Of a DNA stretch of 64,000 nucleotides, positions 11,001 to 20,745 are shown one piece after another. Position 1 is the first letter of the stretch. Each line of letters begins with the position of its first letter. Below the pieces are notes generated by a model. It did not search any database and was not told the DNA's origin. It saw only the letters and a program-made list of their open reading frames with translations. The stretch comes from Longimicrobiales bacterium (GTDB lineage Bacteria > Gemmatimonadota > Gemmatimonadetes > Longimicrobiales > Gaopeijiaceae). The DNA is taken from NCBI GenBank assembly GCA_965218295.1, contig CBDCKN010000012.1:96001-160000 (forward strand). Direction: 5' to 3'. A program made the position numbers and the translations under genes.

Positions 11001-12528
11001 CTAGATGACCTCGATGTTGAGACGGCCGATGAGGCGGATGATCTCGACCTGCTGGGCGAGCCCTCCGATCACGAACCTGATATGTGCGGCATCGGCCGGG
11101 TACTGGCCGAAGGTCGGGTCGACCGCCACCCACTCTCCCAGCCACACCTCGGGCCAGGCATGGTAGAAGAACGAGTTGTTGAGGTAGACGAGACCGACGG
11201 CCGTCCGGGCGGGAAGGCCGAGGGCCCTGGCCATGGCCACATACAGGACCGTGTGTTCGTTGCAGTCTCCCTGCTTCGACTCGAGCACCTGTAGGGCGCT
11301 GGGCACGGAGAAGGTCACGCTCTTCTCGAGCATGCGATCTACACTGGTGGTGAGCCGCTGAGCCGCCGCCTTGGGGTCTCGGAGCCAGCGCCCCACCGCC
11401 TGGCGGGCCTCCCGCTGGATTCGCGGGTCGTCGCTCTGGATCAGCGGCTCCGCCTCAAGCTCCTCGCGCATATCCATGAGCTTGTAGGGGAGCGAGAAGT
11501 CGGGCTCGACGGCCGCCCAGTTCTCACGGCGCACGATGAGCGTGTCGCCCCGAAGCGTCTGGCGTCCCCCGTCGAGCTGGAAACCCGCCAGCTCCACTCC
11601 CGTGAGGCGGAAGCGGAGCACGTCGTACTCCTCCACCGACCCTAGGTCGGTGTTGCTCCGGATGGCCGTCGACAGGATCACGTCCTCGTCGATGGCCAAC
11701 GTGGCCACCCCTCGGGAGTCCTCCTGCGCCTGCCTCGCCAGCTCGTATTCGGTCTTCTCCATGGTGAAGCCGAGGGCGCTCGAGGCGCTGATGACCCGGC
11801 CGTCGTGATCCACCCAGCTCTCCACCTGCACGCCACCATGGACCTCGGCGATCTTCCACGCCGGAACGGAGTCGTAGCGGGCCGGCTCCCAGCGATTCGT
11901 GCTGGGATTCAGGTATGCGCTGTCGGGAACCACGAGCGTATCGTGCTCCAGCACGCGGACCTCCACCGCCCTCGTGGCCAGCGTGGACGGATCGAAGACC
12001 GGAAGTCGCAGGGTGTTTCCAAACCTCCAGCTCGCCAGCCATGGCGATCCGAATGGGGAGAGCGGCCGAAAAGATGGGTGGCTCGGCCAGCCGGTAGGAG
12101 ATCTCCTGCTTCGAGCCACCGGCATCTATGGTGACGTGGAGCGTGGAGTCGGCGCCAAGAGTCCCGTCGGCCCGGAACGTCCCGACCTCGGAGTCCAGGG
12201 AGAAGGAAAAGGACTCCATGATGAGAGCGGGGCTGAGGCGGACCAGCGTTCGGACCACGGCGGAGCCCGTCTGGCCCAGGGCCGGGAGGTCGAGGACCAT
12301 GACGTCCTCCAGCTCGAACCCCTCAGGGATCGTGTCCAGGCGCGATGTGGCCTGGCCCACGTTGCGCTCGCCCATGCGGAGCGTGTAGAAGCTCACCCCC
12401 GGAGCCAGCGCCAGCGCAGCCTCTGATAGTCGTGTGAGCTCGGGCTGGAAGTACTCCCGCCGGACCTGCCATCCCACCATAGCGATCCAGATCGCCACGA
12501 TCGTCACGGCCAACACCTTCCGGCTCAC
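11001..12528 (-). CDS. Membrane-anchored transglutaminase-like domain protein; apparent +1 frameshift at 12021-12023
   Basis: N-terminal TM helix; catalytic triad GDCNEH / HAWPEV / VDPTF. Frames join as LEVGNTLRL if one T is removed. Confidence 0.85.
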
Positions 12529-12531
12529 GTG

Positions 12532-13101
12532 CTACGCTCCATCGCCGCTCAACGCTCCATTGCCGTTCGACACTCCATCGCCGCTCGACTTCTCACGATC
12601 ATCGTCGAACTCCTTGAGACGGGTAGTGAACACCTGCAGCTCGTAGTCCGTCGTCACCATGACGATGACCTGCTTCGGGTATTCCTCGCGCTCCAGGTGC
12701 TCCCGCAGCACCTGTGCCATGACGTCCGCCGCCGCCTCGGCGTCCAGATTCCCCGCTCCCGTGCCGAGAGGAGGGAGTGCCAGGGTCTCGACTCCGAGTC
12801 GACAAGCATGCCGCAGGCCGTTCAGGAACGCCCTTCGAACACCAGATGCCGTCACGGGCTCGTCGTCGGACTGAACCACCACGTGCACCATAAACGCCGC
12901 CTGCAACGCCCCGCCCGGGGTGATCACCGCTCCACCCACGGGGAGCTCACCCATGCGCTCGATGCGCTCCTCGAGGTCGGGGCCGGCCGCGGCGCCCACT
13001 GCCCGTCCCAGACTCGTCACCGGCTCCATTCTCGAGCTGACGGCCCGAAGCACGCACTCGACCTCGGCAGTCACCAGGTCGTCGCGACGAACTTGGATCA
13101 T
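12532..13101 (-). CDS. Macro domain protein with degenerate active-site motifs
   Basis: G.AVITPGG.L.A.F.VH and TLALPPLGTGAG pattern of MacroD; TGATG coupling to the upstream gene. Confidence 0.8.
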   Translation of the reverse strand: MIQVRRDDLVTAEVECVLRAVSSRMEPVTSLGRAVGAAAGPDLEERIERMGELPVGGAVITPGGALQAAFMVHVVVQSDDEPVTASGVRRAFLNGLRHACRLGVETLALPPLGTGAGNLDAEAAADVMAQVLREHLEREEYPKQVIVMVTTDYELQVFTTRLKEFDDDREKSSGDGVSNGNGALSGDGA

Positions 13102-13967
13102 CACACGTTCAGCTCCCGGGCCCGCCGATACATCTCGGCCGCTCTCTCCCGTTCGTGCTTCTTGTCGTAGAGCATCCCCAGTGTGTGGTACGCGCGCCAG
13201 TTGTGTGGCTGGAGCTCGATCACCCGCTCCATCACCTGGAGGGCCTCATCCACGCGACCAAGCCTGTTGAGGGCCTCGCCCCGGTAGAAGTGAGCTGGGC
13301 CATGGTCGGGGTCGTGCTTGCACACCCCGCGGAAGTCCGCCTCGGCGTCGGCGTAAAGCCCCTTCCGAAACGCCAGGAGCCCTTCTTTGGCACGGACCTC
13401 CACGCTCTCCGGCTCGAGGCGGAGGGCTTGCTTCAACTCGGCGTCGGCATCCTCGAATCGGCCCACCGCTCCGTAGGCGGCCCCTAGGCTGGCCCGCACT
13501 TGGGCGTTCTCGGGATCCACCTCACTGGCTGCGAGGAACCGCTCGATGGCCAGCTCATGGCGGCCGAGGTCGTCGTACAGGGTTCCGAGACCGAACTGTG
13601 CCTGGGGGTGTGTGGGGCTCTCGTCGAGGATCTCCATGAAAAGCAGCGCGGCCTCCTGCAGGCGGCCTTCGCCGGCCATGCTGATGGCGGTGGTCAGCCG
13701 GTCCTCCTCGGAAGCGGCCGCATCCGGGACGTCGTCAGCGCTGGGGCCGGGAGCAGTCTCGGCGGTGGCGTCGGTCTTCCTTTCCGCCGCCTCGTCAGCG
13801 AGGTCGCTCAAAAAAACGACGGGGATGACCTCGACTTCCCCTCGGTCGATGTCGGCTCCTCCGTGGTCCACCTCCCTCAGCAGGTCTCCCTGGATCGGCG
13901 GGCCTTTCGGCTCCGCCTTGGCCTTCGCCCTTCGCCTTCGGGTCGACCTACGGTTCCTACTGGTCAT
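13101..13967 (-). CDS. Tetratricopeptide repeat protein
   Basis: Repeated TPR helices (AQFGLGTLY, ASLGAAY, AHFYRGEAL, AYHTLGMLY). Confidence 0.85.
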   Translation of the reverse strand: MTSRNRRSTRRRRAKAKAEPKGPPIQGDLLREVDHGGADIDRGEVEVIPVVFLSDLADEAAERKTDATAETAPGPSADDVPDAAASEEDRLTTAISMAGEGRLQEAALLFMEILDESPTHPQAQFGLGTLYDDLGRHELAIERFLAASEVDPENAQVRASLGAAYGAVGRFEDADAELKQALRLEPESVEVRAKEGLLAFRKGLYADAEADFRGVCKHDPDHGPAHFYRGEALNRLGRVDEALQVMERVIELQPHNWRAYHTLGMLYDKKHERERAAEMYRRARELNV

Positions 13968-14295
13968 GGGAAGACTCCGCCCGCGTGCATTCGCGCACCC
14001 ACTCGAGGTAGGGCTCGTGCCCTCCCTCGACCGCCAACGTCAGGATCTCGGGAACGTCATACGTATGCAGCTCCGCAACCCTCTCGACGAGTCGCGAAGC
14101 TCGGTCTGCACTCGTCTTCAAGATAAGCAGAACCTCCGCTTCCTCCTGCATGCTTCCGTCCCACTCGAAAACGGAGGTGACGTCTGGAACAAGGTTTCCA
14201 CAGGCGGCGAGCCCCTCCTCCACGACCTGGCGGGCCAGGGCGAGGCCCGTCTCCTTGTCTCCGGCGGTGACGAAGACGACTCGCACGTCTGACAT
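13957..14295 (-). CDS. cutA: Divalent-cation tolerance protein CutA
   Basis: LAACGNL, S.FEWDG, E.LLILKT, HTYDVPEI, Y..WV. Confidence 0.92.
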   Translation of the reverse strand: MSDVRVVFVTAGDKETGLALARQVVEEGLAACGNLVPDVTSVFEWDGSMQEEAEVLLILKTSADRASRLVERVAELHTYDVPEILTLAVEGGHEPYLEWVRECTRAESSHDQ

Positions 14296-14300
14296 CTCGG

Positions 14301-16157
14301 TCACGGCTCCGAGAAGACGGTCTGGTCCAGGTTGTCTTCTAGATAGAACGCCTCGATGAGCCCGCGGTATCGTGCCTCCACCGCCCTCCGCTTGATCTTC
14401 TGGGTGGGTGTGAGGGTGCCGTCCTCGATGGTGAACTGCGACTCGATCAACCCGATCTTCTTGGGCGTCTCGAAGCTCGCCAGCCCCTTCAGCGCTCCGA
14501 AAACCTGCTCCTCCATGAGCTCCTGGACTTCCGTGCGAGCCAGAAGCGTCTTCGCGTCCGAGGCCTGGATACCGGTCTTCCGTGCCCAGGCCTCCAGGTT
14601 CGGAAAGCTGGGAACGACCAGGATCACGCAGAAGCCCCGGCGATCGCCGATCATCACTGCCTGCTCCACGAACTCGTTGGTCTTCAGACGATTCTCGATG
14701 GGTTGGGGCGCCACGTTCTTCCCCCCCGCCGTGACGATGATGTCCTTGATGCGGTCCGTGATCCGGAGGAAGCCGTCCTCGTCGATCTCGCCCACGTCCC
14801 CCGTGTGGAACCACCCTTCGGGATCGATAGCCTCGGTGGTGGCCTCCGGCAAATTGTAGTAGCCCTTCATCACCTGCGGGCCCCGGATCAGGATCTCGCC
14901 TTCCTCTCCGATCCGGATCTCGGTCCCGGGGATGGCCTTGCCGACGGTCCCGATCCTGAAGCCTTCGAACGAGTTCACGTTGGTGACTGGGCTGGTCTCC
15001 GTGAGGCCGTAGCCCTCCATGATCCAGATTCCGGCTGAGAAGAAGAAGCGATTGATGTCCGTAGCGAGGGGCGCCCCACCGCTGATGAAGTAACGGATCC
15101 GCCCTCCCATGGCCGCCCGGATCTTCTTGAAGACGAGGGCATCCGCGAGACGGTATGCGACCTTGAGGGTGCCGCCGGGCTCACGGCCAGCCAGCTTCTC
15201 TTCGGCCCAGGCCTCACCCACTTCCCTGGCCCAGTGGACGAGCTTCTTCTTGAGGCCCTCTGCCTCCATCACGGCGTTGTAGACCTTCTCGTACAACCGT
15301 GGAACGGAGACCACGATGGAGGGCCGAACCACCTTCATGTCGTCGGCCACCGTGTGGATGGAGTGGGCGTAGGCCGCCGTGTCGCCCCGTGAGAAGTACA
15401 GATAGCTGACCATGCGCTGGAAGACGTGTGACAAGGGGAGGAAGACGAGCGCCGTGTCACCTTCCTTTCGGCGAAGCATTCGCCCCGCCGCCGTCACGTT
15501 ACTCCACAGGTTGTTGTGGGTGAGCATCACCCCCTTGGGGTTCCCCGTCGTGCCTGACGTATAGAGGAGAGTGGCCAGACCGTCGGGCTCAGCTTCCAGC
15601 GCCATGGCACGGAAGCTCTCGTCGTCCATCTCGGCGTCGACCTTGCGCCCCTTCTCCAGGAAGTCTTCCCACGCCAGAGCGCCCTCGGGGAGGGTGTCAG
15701 ACGCGTCGAAGACCACGATCTCGATGTCCCGTCCCATCTCCCGGCTCGCGGCCCCGACCTTCTCCGCCTGGTCGGGAGTCGACGCGAAGACCAGCGACGC
15801 ATCCGAGTTCTCCAGGATGTACGCCACCTGGGGGCCGGTCAGCGTGCTGTAGATGGGCACGTCCAGAACACCAGTGCAGATACAGGCGTAGTCGCAGACG
15901 GACCACTCCATACGGGTCTCAGAGAGGATCGCCGCCCGGTCTCCCCACTTCATGCCCAGGGCCTGGAGCCCCCCGGAAACGACCCGAACGAGCTCGTATA
16001 CCGCACCGTAGCTCATATTCTCCAGGTGGTCGCCGTTGCCCGGGAAGTACCGGAAGGCCAACTCCTCGCGGCGATCCTCCACGGCCGTGAGGAAGAGCTG
16101 ACTCAGCGTCCCGGGCGGGAGGTCCGCGGGATTGGACACGTAGTCGAGAGAGCCCAT
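14301..16157 (-). CDS. Long-chain fatty acid--CoA ligase (AMP-dependent synthetase)
   Basis: [36 protein letters not shown]. Confidence 0.92.
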   Translation of the reverse strand: MGSLDYVSNPADLPPGTLSQLFLTAVEDRREELAFRYFPGNGDHLENMSYGAVYELVRVVSGGLQALGMKWGDRAAILSETRMEWSVCDYACICTGVLDVPIYSTLTGPQVAYILENSDASLVFASTPDQAEKVGAASREMGRDIEIVVFDASDTLPEGALAWEDFLEKGRKVDAEMDDESFRAMALEAEPDGLATLLYTSGTTGNPKGVMLTHNNLWSNVTAAGRMLRRKEGDTALVFLPLSHVFQRMVSYLYFSRGDTAAYAHSIHTVADDMKVVRPSIVVSVPRLYEKVYNAVMEAEGLKKKLVHWAREVGEAWAEEKLAGREPGGTLKVAYRLADALVFKKIRAAMGGRIRYFISGGAPLATDINRFFFSAGIWIMEGYGLTETSPVTNVNSFEGFRIGTVGKAIPGTEIRIGEEGEILIRGPQVMKGYYNLPEATTEAIDPEGWFHTGDVGEIDEDGFLRITDRIKDIIVTAGGKNVAPQPIENRLKTNEFVEQAVMIGDRRGFCVILVVPSFPNLEAWARKTGIQASDAKTLLARTEVQELMEEQVFGALKGLASFETPKKIGLIESQFTIEDGTLTPTQKIKRRAVEARYRGLIEAFYLEDNLDQTVFSEP

Positions 16158-16166
16158 CCGGTTCTC

Positions 16167-16580
16167 TCAGACGCCCTCGACCAGCGTCTCGAAGTCGAGG
16201 TCCTGGCGAAGCGAGTGGAGCACGCTGCAGTACTTGTCGCGGGAGAGCTGGATCGCACGATCCACCTTGGGCCGCGCCTCGGCAGCCACGCCTCCCAAGA
16301 CGAAGGTCAGGCGTATTCGTTTGAAGTAGCGGGGAGGGTCAGAGTTCCGGTCGGCATCGGCGTGAATCTCGAGGGAGCTCACGTCGACGCGGGACTTCTC
16401 GAGAATCATCAGCACGTCGATGCCCATGCAGCCCATGAGCACCAGAAGCAGAGAATCCATCGATGAGGCGCCGGCCTCGCCGGCCCCGTCGATGGTCACC
16501 TCGGGTCCTGACCCCGAGCGGCCCTTGAACACGTCGCGCTGCCCGGTCCAAAGCAGGATCGTCTGTTTAGAAGAGCTCAT
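16167..16580 (-). CDS. OsmC family protein (YhfA-like)
   Basis: GCMGIDV..IL.K and AIQLSRDKYCSV. Confidence 0.88.
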   Translation of the reverse strand: MSSSKQTILLWTGQRDVFKGRSGSGPEVTIDGAGEAGASSMDSLLLVLMGCMGIDVLMILEKSRVDVSSLEIHADADRNSDPPRYFKRIRLTFVLGGVAAEARPKVDRAIQLSRDKYCSVLHSLRQDLDFETLVEGV

Positions 16581-17031
16581 CCTGAGTGGGTTGAGGACCC
16601 TCGGTAGCAGGGTTCGATCCACCCTCTCCGGTGAGCCTGGCGAGGGTTTCCCGGGCATGGGACACGTGCTCACCAGCTTCCTCGGTAGGTGCGTTCTCGA
16701 GAAAGGCACGGAGGTGCGGGATGGCGTCCGGCTCCTGGCCGGCCCTCACGAGGAGGAACGCAAGACCGTAGTGGGCACCGGCGGCATCGGGGTTCTTCTG
16801 GAGCACGTGCCGATACGTCTTCGCGGCCTCCTCGGTCATCCCGATGCGGGTGTACGAGATGGCGATCTGCTGCAGCACCACGGAGTCCCCGGGTGACTCC
16901 TTGAGGGCCAGGCGAAACGAGGTGAGGGCTTCGTGGAACTTGCCCTCCGCCATCAAGGCGATGCCCTCGTCATAGTAGGCGACGCGCCCGGTGTCCCCGG
17001 ATCCGCCGAAAACCTTGTTCCACCACGCCAT
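16567..17031 (-). CDS. Tetratricopeptide repeat protein
   Basis: YYDEGIAL, AHYGLAFLL TPR helices. Confidence 0.8.
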   Translation of the reverse strand: MAWWNKVFGGSGDTGRVAYYDEGIALMAEGKFHEALTSFRLALKESPGDSVVLQQIAISYTRIGMTEEAAKTYRHVLQKNPDAAGAHYGLAFLLVRAGQEPDAIPHLRAFLENAPTEEAGEHVSHARETLARLTGEGGSNPATEGPQPTQDELF

Positions 17032-17149
17032 GGAGAGAAAGCTCAGCCGCGAGAAATGGTACGGCGCGACGGGCGAGCGGTCAGCCGCGAAACGCCGGAG
17101 TGGGTGGGGACGAAAGTAGAGAAGGCCGAAATGCGACGCAACAACAGGG

Positions 17150-17773
17150 TTATTGTCGTGCCGCCACCACCGCCGCCGTCTCCGAAACCAGAACCTTCAT
17201 TCCCGCGGTCTCGAGGGCGGAATCCCAACCGTCGACGCCACCCCAGACGACCACACGACCCAATCGCGCCACGACGCGTGCAAGCTCGTGGGCGTCGAGC
17301 GGCCCCTCGTCTCCGAAGAGGGCCGCGCCACGGAGGCTCTGAGCCCGAAACGGAAGTCGGGAGCCCGCAATCAGCCGGCTGACACCCTCGGCTTCGTCCC
17401 AGCTCCGTAGCCCCGAAGCGATCCCCACGACCTCCACGACCTCCAACTTCTCGGCAAGGGCATCGGCGTGGCCCGCCATGCGTCCCAAGAGGGCCACATG
17501 ACCGACCCCCTCCGTGATGCCCAGCAGACCAGCCACCTCCATGAGCGTTGGAGAGTCGGGCGCCGCGAGCGTCTCCTCGTCGTGGAGGCCGATCCGGGGT
17601 GGAGGCCGCAGGTCCCCGAATCCCTCCCGGATAGGGTAGCGATCCCGGCAGTTCGGACAGCCCAGTGCTCCCTCCAGGACGCGCCGGTCCTCCAGCCAGT
17701 CAGCAAGGAGGATCAGCCCGAACTCGGGCCCACAGCGGGGGCAGGTGAGGCGGTCGGTGAGGAGCAGATGCAT
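17150..17773 (-). CDS. Trm112-like zinc ribbon fused to a degenerate methyltransferase-like fold
   Basis: LTCPRC...GALGCPNC...YPIREG at the N-terminus; LPF...S...EL.RV...G pattern at the C-terminus. Confidence 0.65.
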   Translation of the reverse strand: MHLLLTDRLTCPRCGPEFGLILLADWLEDRRVLEGALGCPNCRDRYPIREGFGDLRPPPRIGLHDEETLAAPDSPTLMEVAGLLGITEGVGHVALLGRMAGHADALAEKLEVVEVVGIASGLRSWDEAEGVSRLIAGSRLPFRAQSLRGAALFGDEGPLDAHELARVVARLGRVVVWGGVDGWDSALETAGMKVLVSETAAVVAARQ

Positions 17774-17795
17774 GGGCCCTGGGCCGGGTCTTCGC

Positions 17796-17840
17796 TCACT
17801 GGGAGAGCGGGCTGCAGTCGGTCACTGGGAGAGCGGGCTG
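17796..17840. repeat. 19-bp direct repeat duplicating the folE 3' end
   Basis: TCACTGGGAGAGCGGGCTG at 17796-17814 and 17822-17840. Confidence 0.85.
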
Positions 17841-18412
17841 TGTTCGGTCATGCAGAGGCGAAGGAACTCGTCCCGGGTCATCTGATCCTCGAGGAACGAA
17901 CCACGGACGGCCGAGGTGATCGTCTTCGAATTCTGCTTCTGGACCCCCCGCATCATCATGCACAAGTGATAGGCCTCTACGACCACCCCGGCGCCTTCGG
18001 GTTCTACCAGCTCCCAGAGCGCCTCAGCGATCTGCTCTGTCAAGCGCTCCTGCACCTGAAGGCGACGGGCGAAGACCTCGACCAAGCGAGCCATCTTGGA
18101 CAACCCGATGATCTTTCCGTTCGGGATATACGCGACGTGCACCTTCCCGAAAAAGGGCAGGAGATGATGCTCGCAGAGCGAGTACATCTCGATATCCTTC
18201 ACCATCACCATGTTCCGGTGACAGTCCTCGAAGATGGCGCCGTTGATCACGTCCTCCGGTGCCATCCGGTACCCGCGGGTCAGGAAGGCCATGGACTTCG
18301 AGACCCTCTCGGGGGTTTGCTTCAGCCCCTGACGGTCGGGGTCATCGCCGAGCCGACGGATCATCTCGGTTACCAGGTCCTCGAACGAGGCTCCCGAAAG
18401 CTCACTACCCAC
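17822..18412 (-). CDS. folE: GTP cyclohydrolase I
   Basis: [39 protein letters not shown]. Confidence 0.97.
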   Translation of the reverse strand: MGSELSGASFEDLVTEMIRRLGDDPDRQGLKQTPERVSKSMAFLTRGYRMAPEDVINGAIFEDCHRNMVMVKDIEMYSLCEHHLLPFFGKVHVAYIPNGKIIGLSKMARLVEVFARRLQVQERLTEQIAEALWELVEPEGAGVVVEAYHLCMMMRGVQKQNSKTITSAVRGSFLEDQMTRDEFLRLCMTEHSPLSQ

Positions 18413-18821
18413 CGGTGTACTCCACGTAGCTTCGGGGGGTCTCCCAAAGCGTCAGCTTGCTGAGCTTCACTTCGTTGGGCAGGCCGTCAGCGAGGCGGCT
18501 CCAGATCGCGATGACCATGTTCTCGGCGGAGGGGATGAGCCCCGCCATCCAGGGTACATCGAGGTTCACGTTCTGGTGATCGAGGTCCTGGATCACGCGT
18601 GACTCCACGAGCGACTTCAGATCCCTGAAGTCCATGACGAACCCGGTCTCCGGATCCAATTCCCCCTCGACCGTCACGTGGAGCTCATAGTTGTGGCCGT
18701 GCCAGTTGGGGTTCGCGCACCCCCCGAACACCTCGTGGTTGCGCTCGTCGGTCCACTCTGGATTGAACACCCGATGCGCGGCGCTGAACTCGAGCTCCGT
18801 CGTGACTGTCACCCGGGGCAT
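18405..18821 (-). CDS. 6-pyruvoyl-tetrahydropterin synthase family (PTPS-II-type CxxxxxHGH motif)
   Basis: [32 protein letters not shown]. Confidence 0.9.
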   Translation of the reverse strand: MPRVTVTTELEFSAAHRVFNPEWTDERNHEVFGGCANPNWHGHNYELHVTVEGELDPETGFVMDFRDLKSLVESRVIQDLDHQNVNLDVPWMAGLIPSAENMVIAIWSRLADGLPNEVKLSKLTLWETPRSYVEYTGG

Positions 18822-19057
18822 GGACTCCTCGTTGGCAATTCAAGTCGTACTCGGTGGACTCGGCAGACTCGGCGGGCAACCTAGCGGATGAGCTACCCTC
18901 GTCCCAGGCTTTGGTTCGAGCAGGAGTCCGGGTGCGACCGTGCGTGCCGATGTTGCGTGCCAGAGCGGTGGAAGGCGAAGCTAAGGAACCGGCCGCAACG
19001 GCGGAGGACCAAGGCAGCGAAGTGCGTGTGACCACACGTCAGCAGAGTGGGGCGACT

Positions 19058-19810
19058 ATGGGGAACGCAGATTCGAAGGTGGCGCTGGTGACAGGCGGTG
19101 CCCAACGCATCGGCGCCCAGCTGTGCCGAGCCCTCCACGAAGCCGGCTATGACGTTGCGTTGCACTACCGGAGCTCCGTCGACGCCGCCGGGGCCCTCGC
19201 CGCCGAGCTCAACGGTCTGAGGGATGGATCAGTGACCTGTTTCCACGCGACGCTGGGGGATCGTAGCGCCGCGGAAGAGTTGGCGGGCGAGGTCATCGAC
19301 CAATTCGGCGGCGTGAACCTGCTGGTCAACAATGCTTCGAGCTTTTACCCCACGCCCATCGGCAGCGTACGCGAGGAGGACTGGAACTCGCTCGTCGGTA
19401 GCAACCTCAAGGGGCCGTTCTTTCTCAGCCAGGCGCTGGCGGATAGCCTCGGGCAAAATCGGGGAAGCATCGTCAATCTGATCGACGTCTACGCCGAGAG
19501 GCCGCTGGCCAATCATTCCGTGTACAGCATGACCAAGGCCGGGCTAGCCATGTTGACCAAGTCCTTGGCCCGAGATCTGGCGCCGGCGGTTCGGGTGAAC
19601 GGCATTTCCCCCGGGGTGATCCTGTGGCCCCAGAGCGGCGCAGCGGAGGATGGTGAGGAGGAGCGGCGACGGCGCTTGCTGAAGCGGGTACCGCTCGGGT
19701 CCCAGGGAGATCCTCGGGATATCGCGGAGGCGCTCCTGTTTCTAGCCGAGCGAGCCCCGTATATCACCGGTCAGATCATCGCGGTCGACGGCGGTCGTAG
19801 CCTGACCTGA
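19058..19810 (+). CDS. Pteridine reductase (FolM/PTR1-like SDR)
   Basis: TGGAQRIG, LHYR.S, NNASSFYPT, YSMTK, YITGQIIAVDGG. Confidence 0.9.
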   Translation: MGNADSKVALVTGGAQRIGAQLCRALHEAGYDVALHYRSSVDAAGALAAELNGLRDGSVTCFHATLGDRSAAEELAGEVIDQFGGVNLLVNNASSFYPTPIGSVREEDWNSLVGSNLKGPFFLSQALADSLGQNRGSIVNLIDVYAERPLANHSVYSMTKAGLAMLTKSLARDLAPAVRVNGISPGVILWPQSGAAEDGEEERRRRLLKRVPLGSQGDPRDIAEALLFLAERAPYITGQIIAVDGGRSLT

Positions 19811-19856
19811 CCGTACCCGTTCGTGCCGTCCGGCAAGGGGGCAGATGGGGACTCAT

Positions 19857-20375
19857 TCAGGTCCCCGTTCTGGAGATCCACACCCCGTCCCAGATGAAAT
19901 CCACCCGCCCCAGCTTCTGCTCACCCTTATCGAAGTCCCGCCACAAGTCGGCGTAGCTCCGCTGGGCAACCGGGTGGACCTCCGCCCCCGCAACCTCCGC
20001 CAGAGGCCACAAGATAAAGGCGCTTTCGGTGATCTCCTTCCGAGGGAGCGAGACGCCATCGACCAAGCCCGTCGCGTCGGCATAGGTCAGCAGGTCCAGG
20101 TCCAGCGTGCGAGGGCTGAACCGCGGAGTGTCGCGGCTTCGCCCCCGGTCGTCCTCGATCTTCCGCAAGGTTTCAGCCAACTCACCGACCGTCTGCCCGG
20201 TATCCACCCCCACCACCAGGTTGTAGAAGGGGTCGCCCTCGAATCCTACCGATTCGCCCTCGAAGACAGAGGACAAACGGAGCTCTCCGTAGGCGGCGGA
20301 CAGGGCGTCCAAGGAGGCCGTCACGTTGCGCTCGCGATCGATATTGCTGCCTACGCTGATATACGCACGAGCCAC
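19857..20375 (-). CDS. folK: 6-hydroxymethyl-7,8-dihydropterin pyrophosphokinase
   Basis: YISVGSN, F.N, PRTLDLDLL, LPR, F.L.PLAE. Confidence 0.95.
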   Translation of the reverse strand: MARAYISVGSNIDRERNVTASLDALSAAYGELRLSSVFEGESVGFEGDPFYNLVVGVDTGQTVGELAETLRKIEDDRGRSRDTPRFSPRTLDLDLLTYADATGLVDGVSLPRKEITESAFILWPLAEVAGAEVHPVAQRSYADLWRDFDKGEQKLGRVDFIWDGVWISRTGT

Positions 20376-20732
20376 CTAGGTGCGCTCTCCCCGCTCGATG
20401 ACGACGCCCACGTCGGTCGCTCCCGTGACCGCACCGGGCTTACTCACTCGCAGGCGCAGCCAGGTCACCCCGAACTCCTCGCGTATGATGTCCGAGACTC
20501 TCTCAGCCATCGTCTCCACCAGCAGAAACTCGGTCCCTTCGACGAAGGCGATGAGCCGCTTGGCCACCCCCTTATAGTCTATCGTCTCCGCAATATCGTC
20601 GCTGTCGGCTGCCCTACGGATATCGGTGGCCATCTCGAGATCGAGACTCACGGTCTGCCGCACCTCGCGCTCCCAGTCGTTGATCCCGATGATGGTGTCG
20701 ATCGTCAGGTCACGGATGTACACAATGTCCAT
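20376..20732 (-). CDS. folB: Dihydroneopterin aldolase
   Basis: MDIVYIRDL.IDT.IG..DWER, IDY, LVETMAE, SKPGAV; RBS GGAGG upstream. Confidence 0.95.
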   Translation of the reverse strand: MDIVYIRDLTIDTIIGINDWEREVRQTVSLDLEMATDIRRAADSDDIAETIDYKGVAKRLIAFVEGTEFLLVETMAERVSDIIREEFGVTWLRLRVSKPGAVTGATDVGVVIERGERT

Positions 20733-20745
20733 ATCGCCTCCTGGG

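Noticed and set aside
18822..19057. Possible folate/ZTP riboswitch before PTPS (GCCTGGG, CTGACG, three CCGAGT repeats)
   Set aside because: The other conserved riboswitch elements and pairing could not be found by eye.
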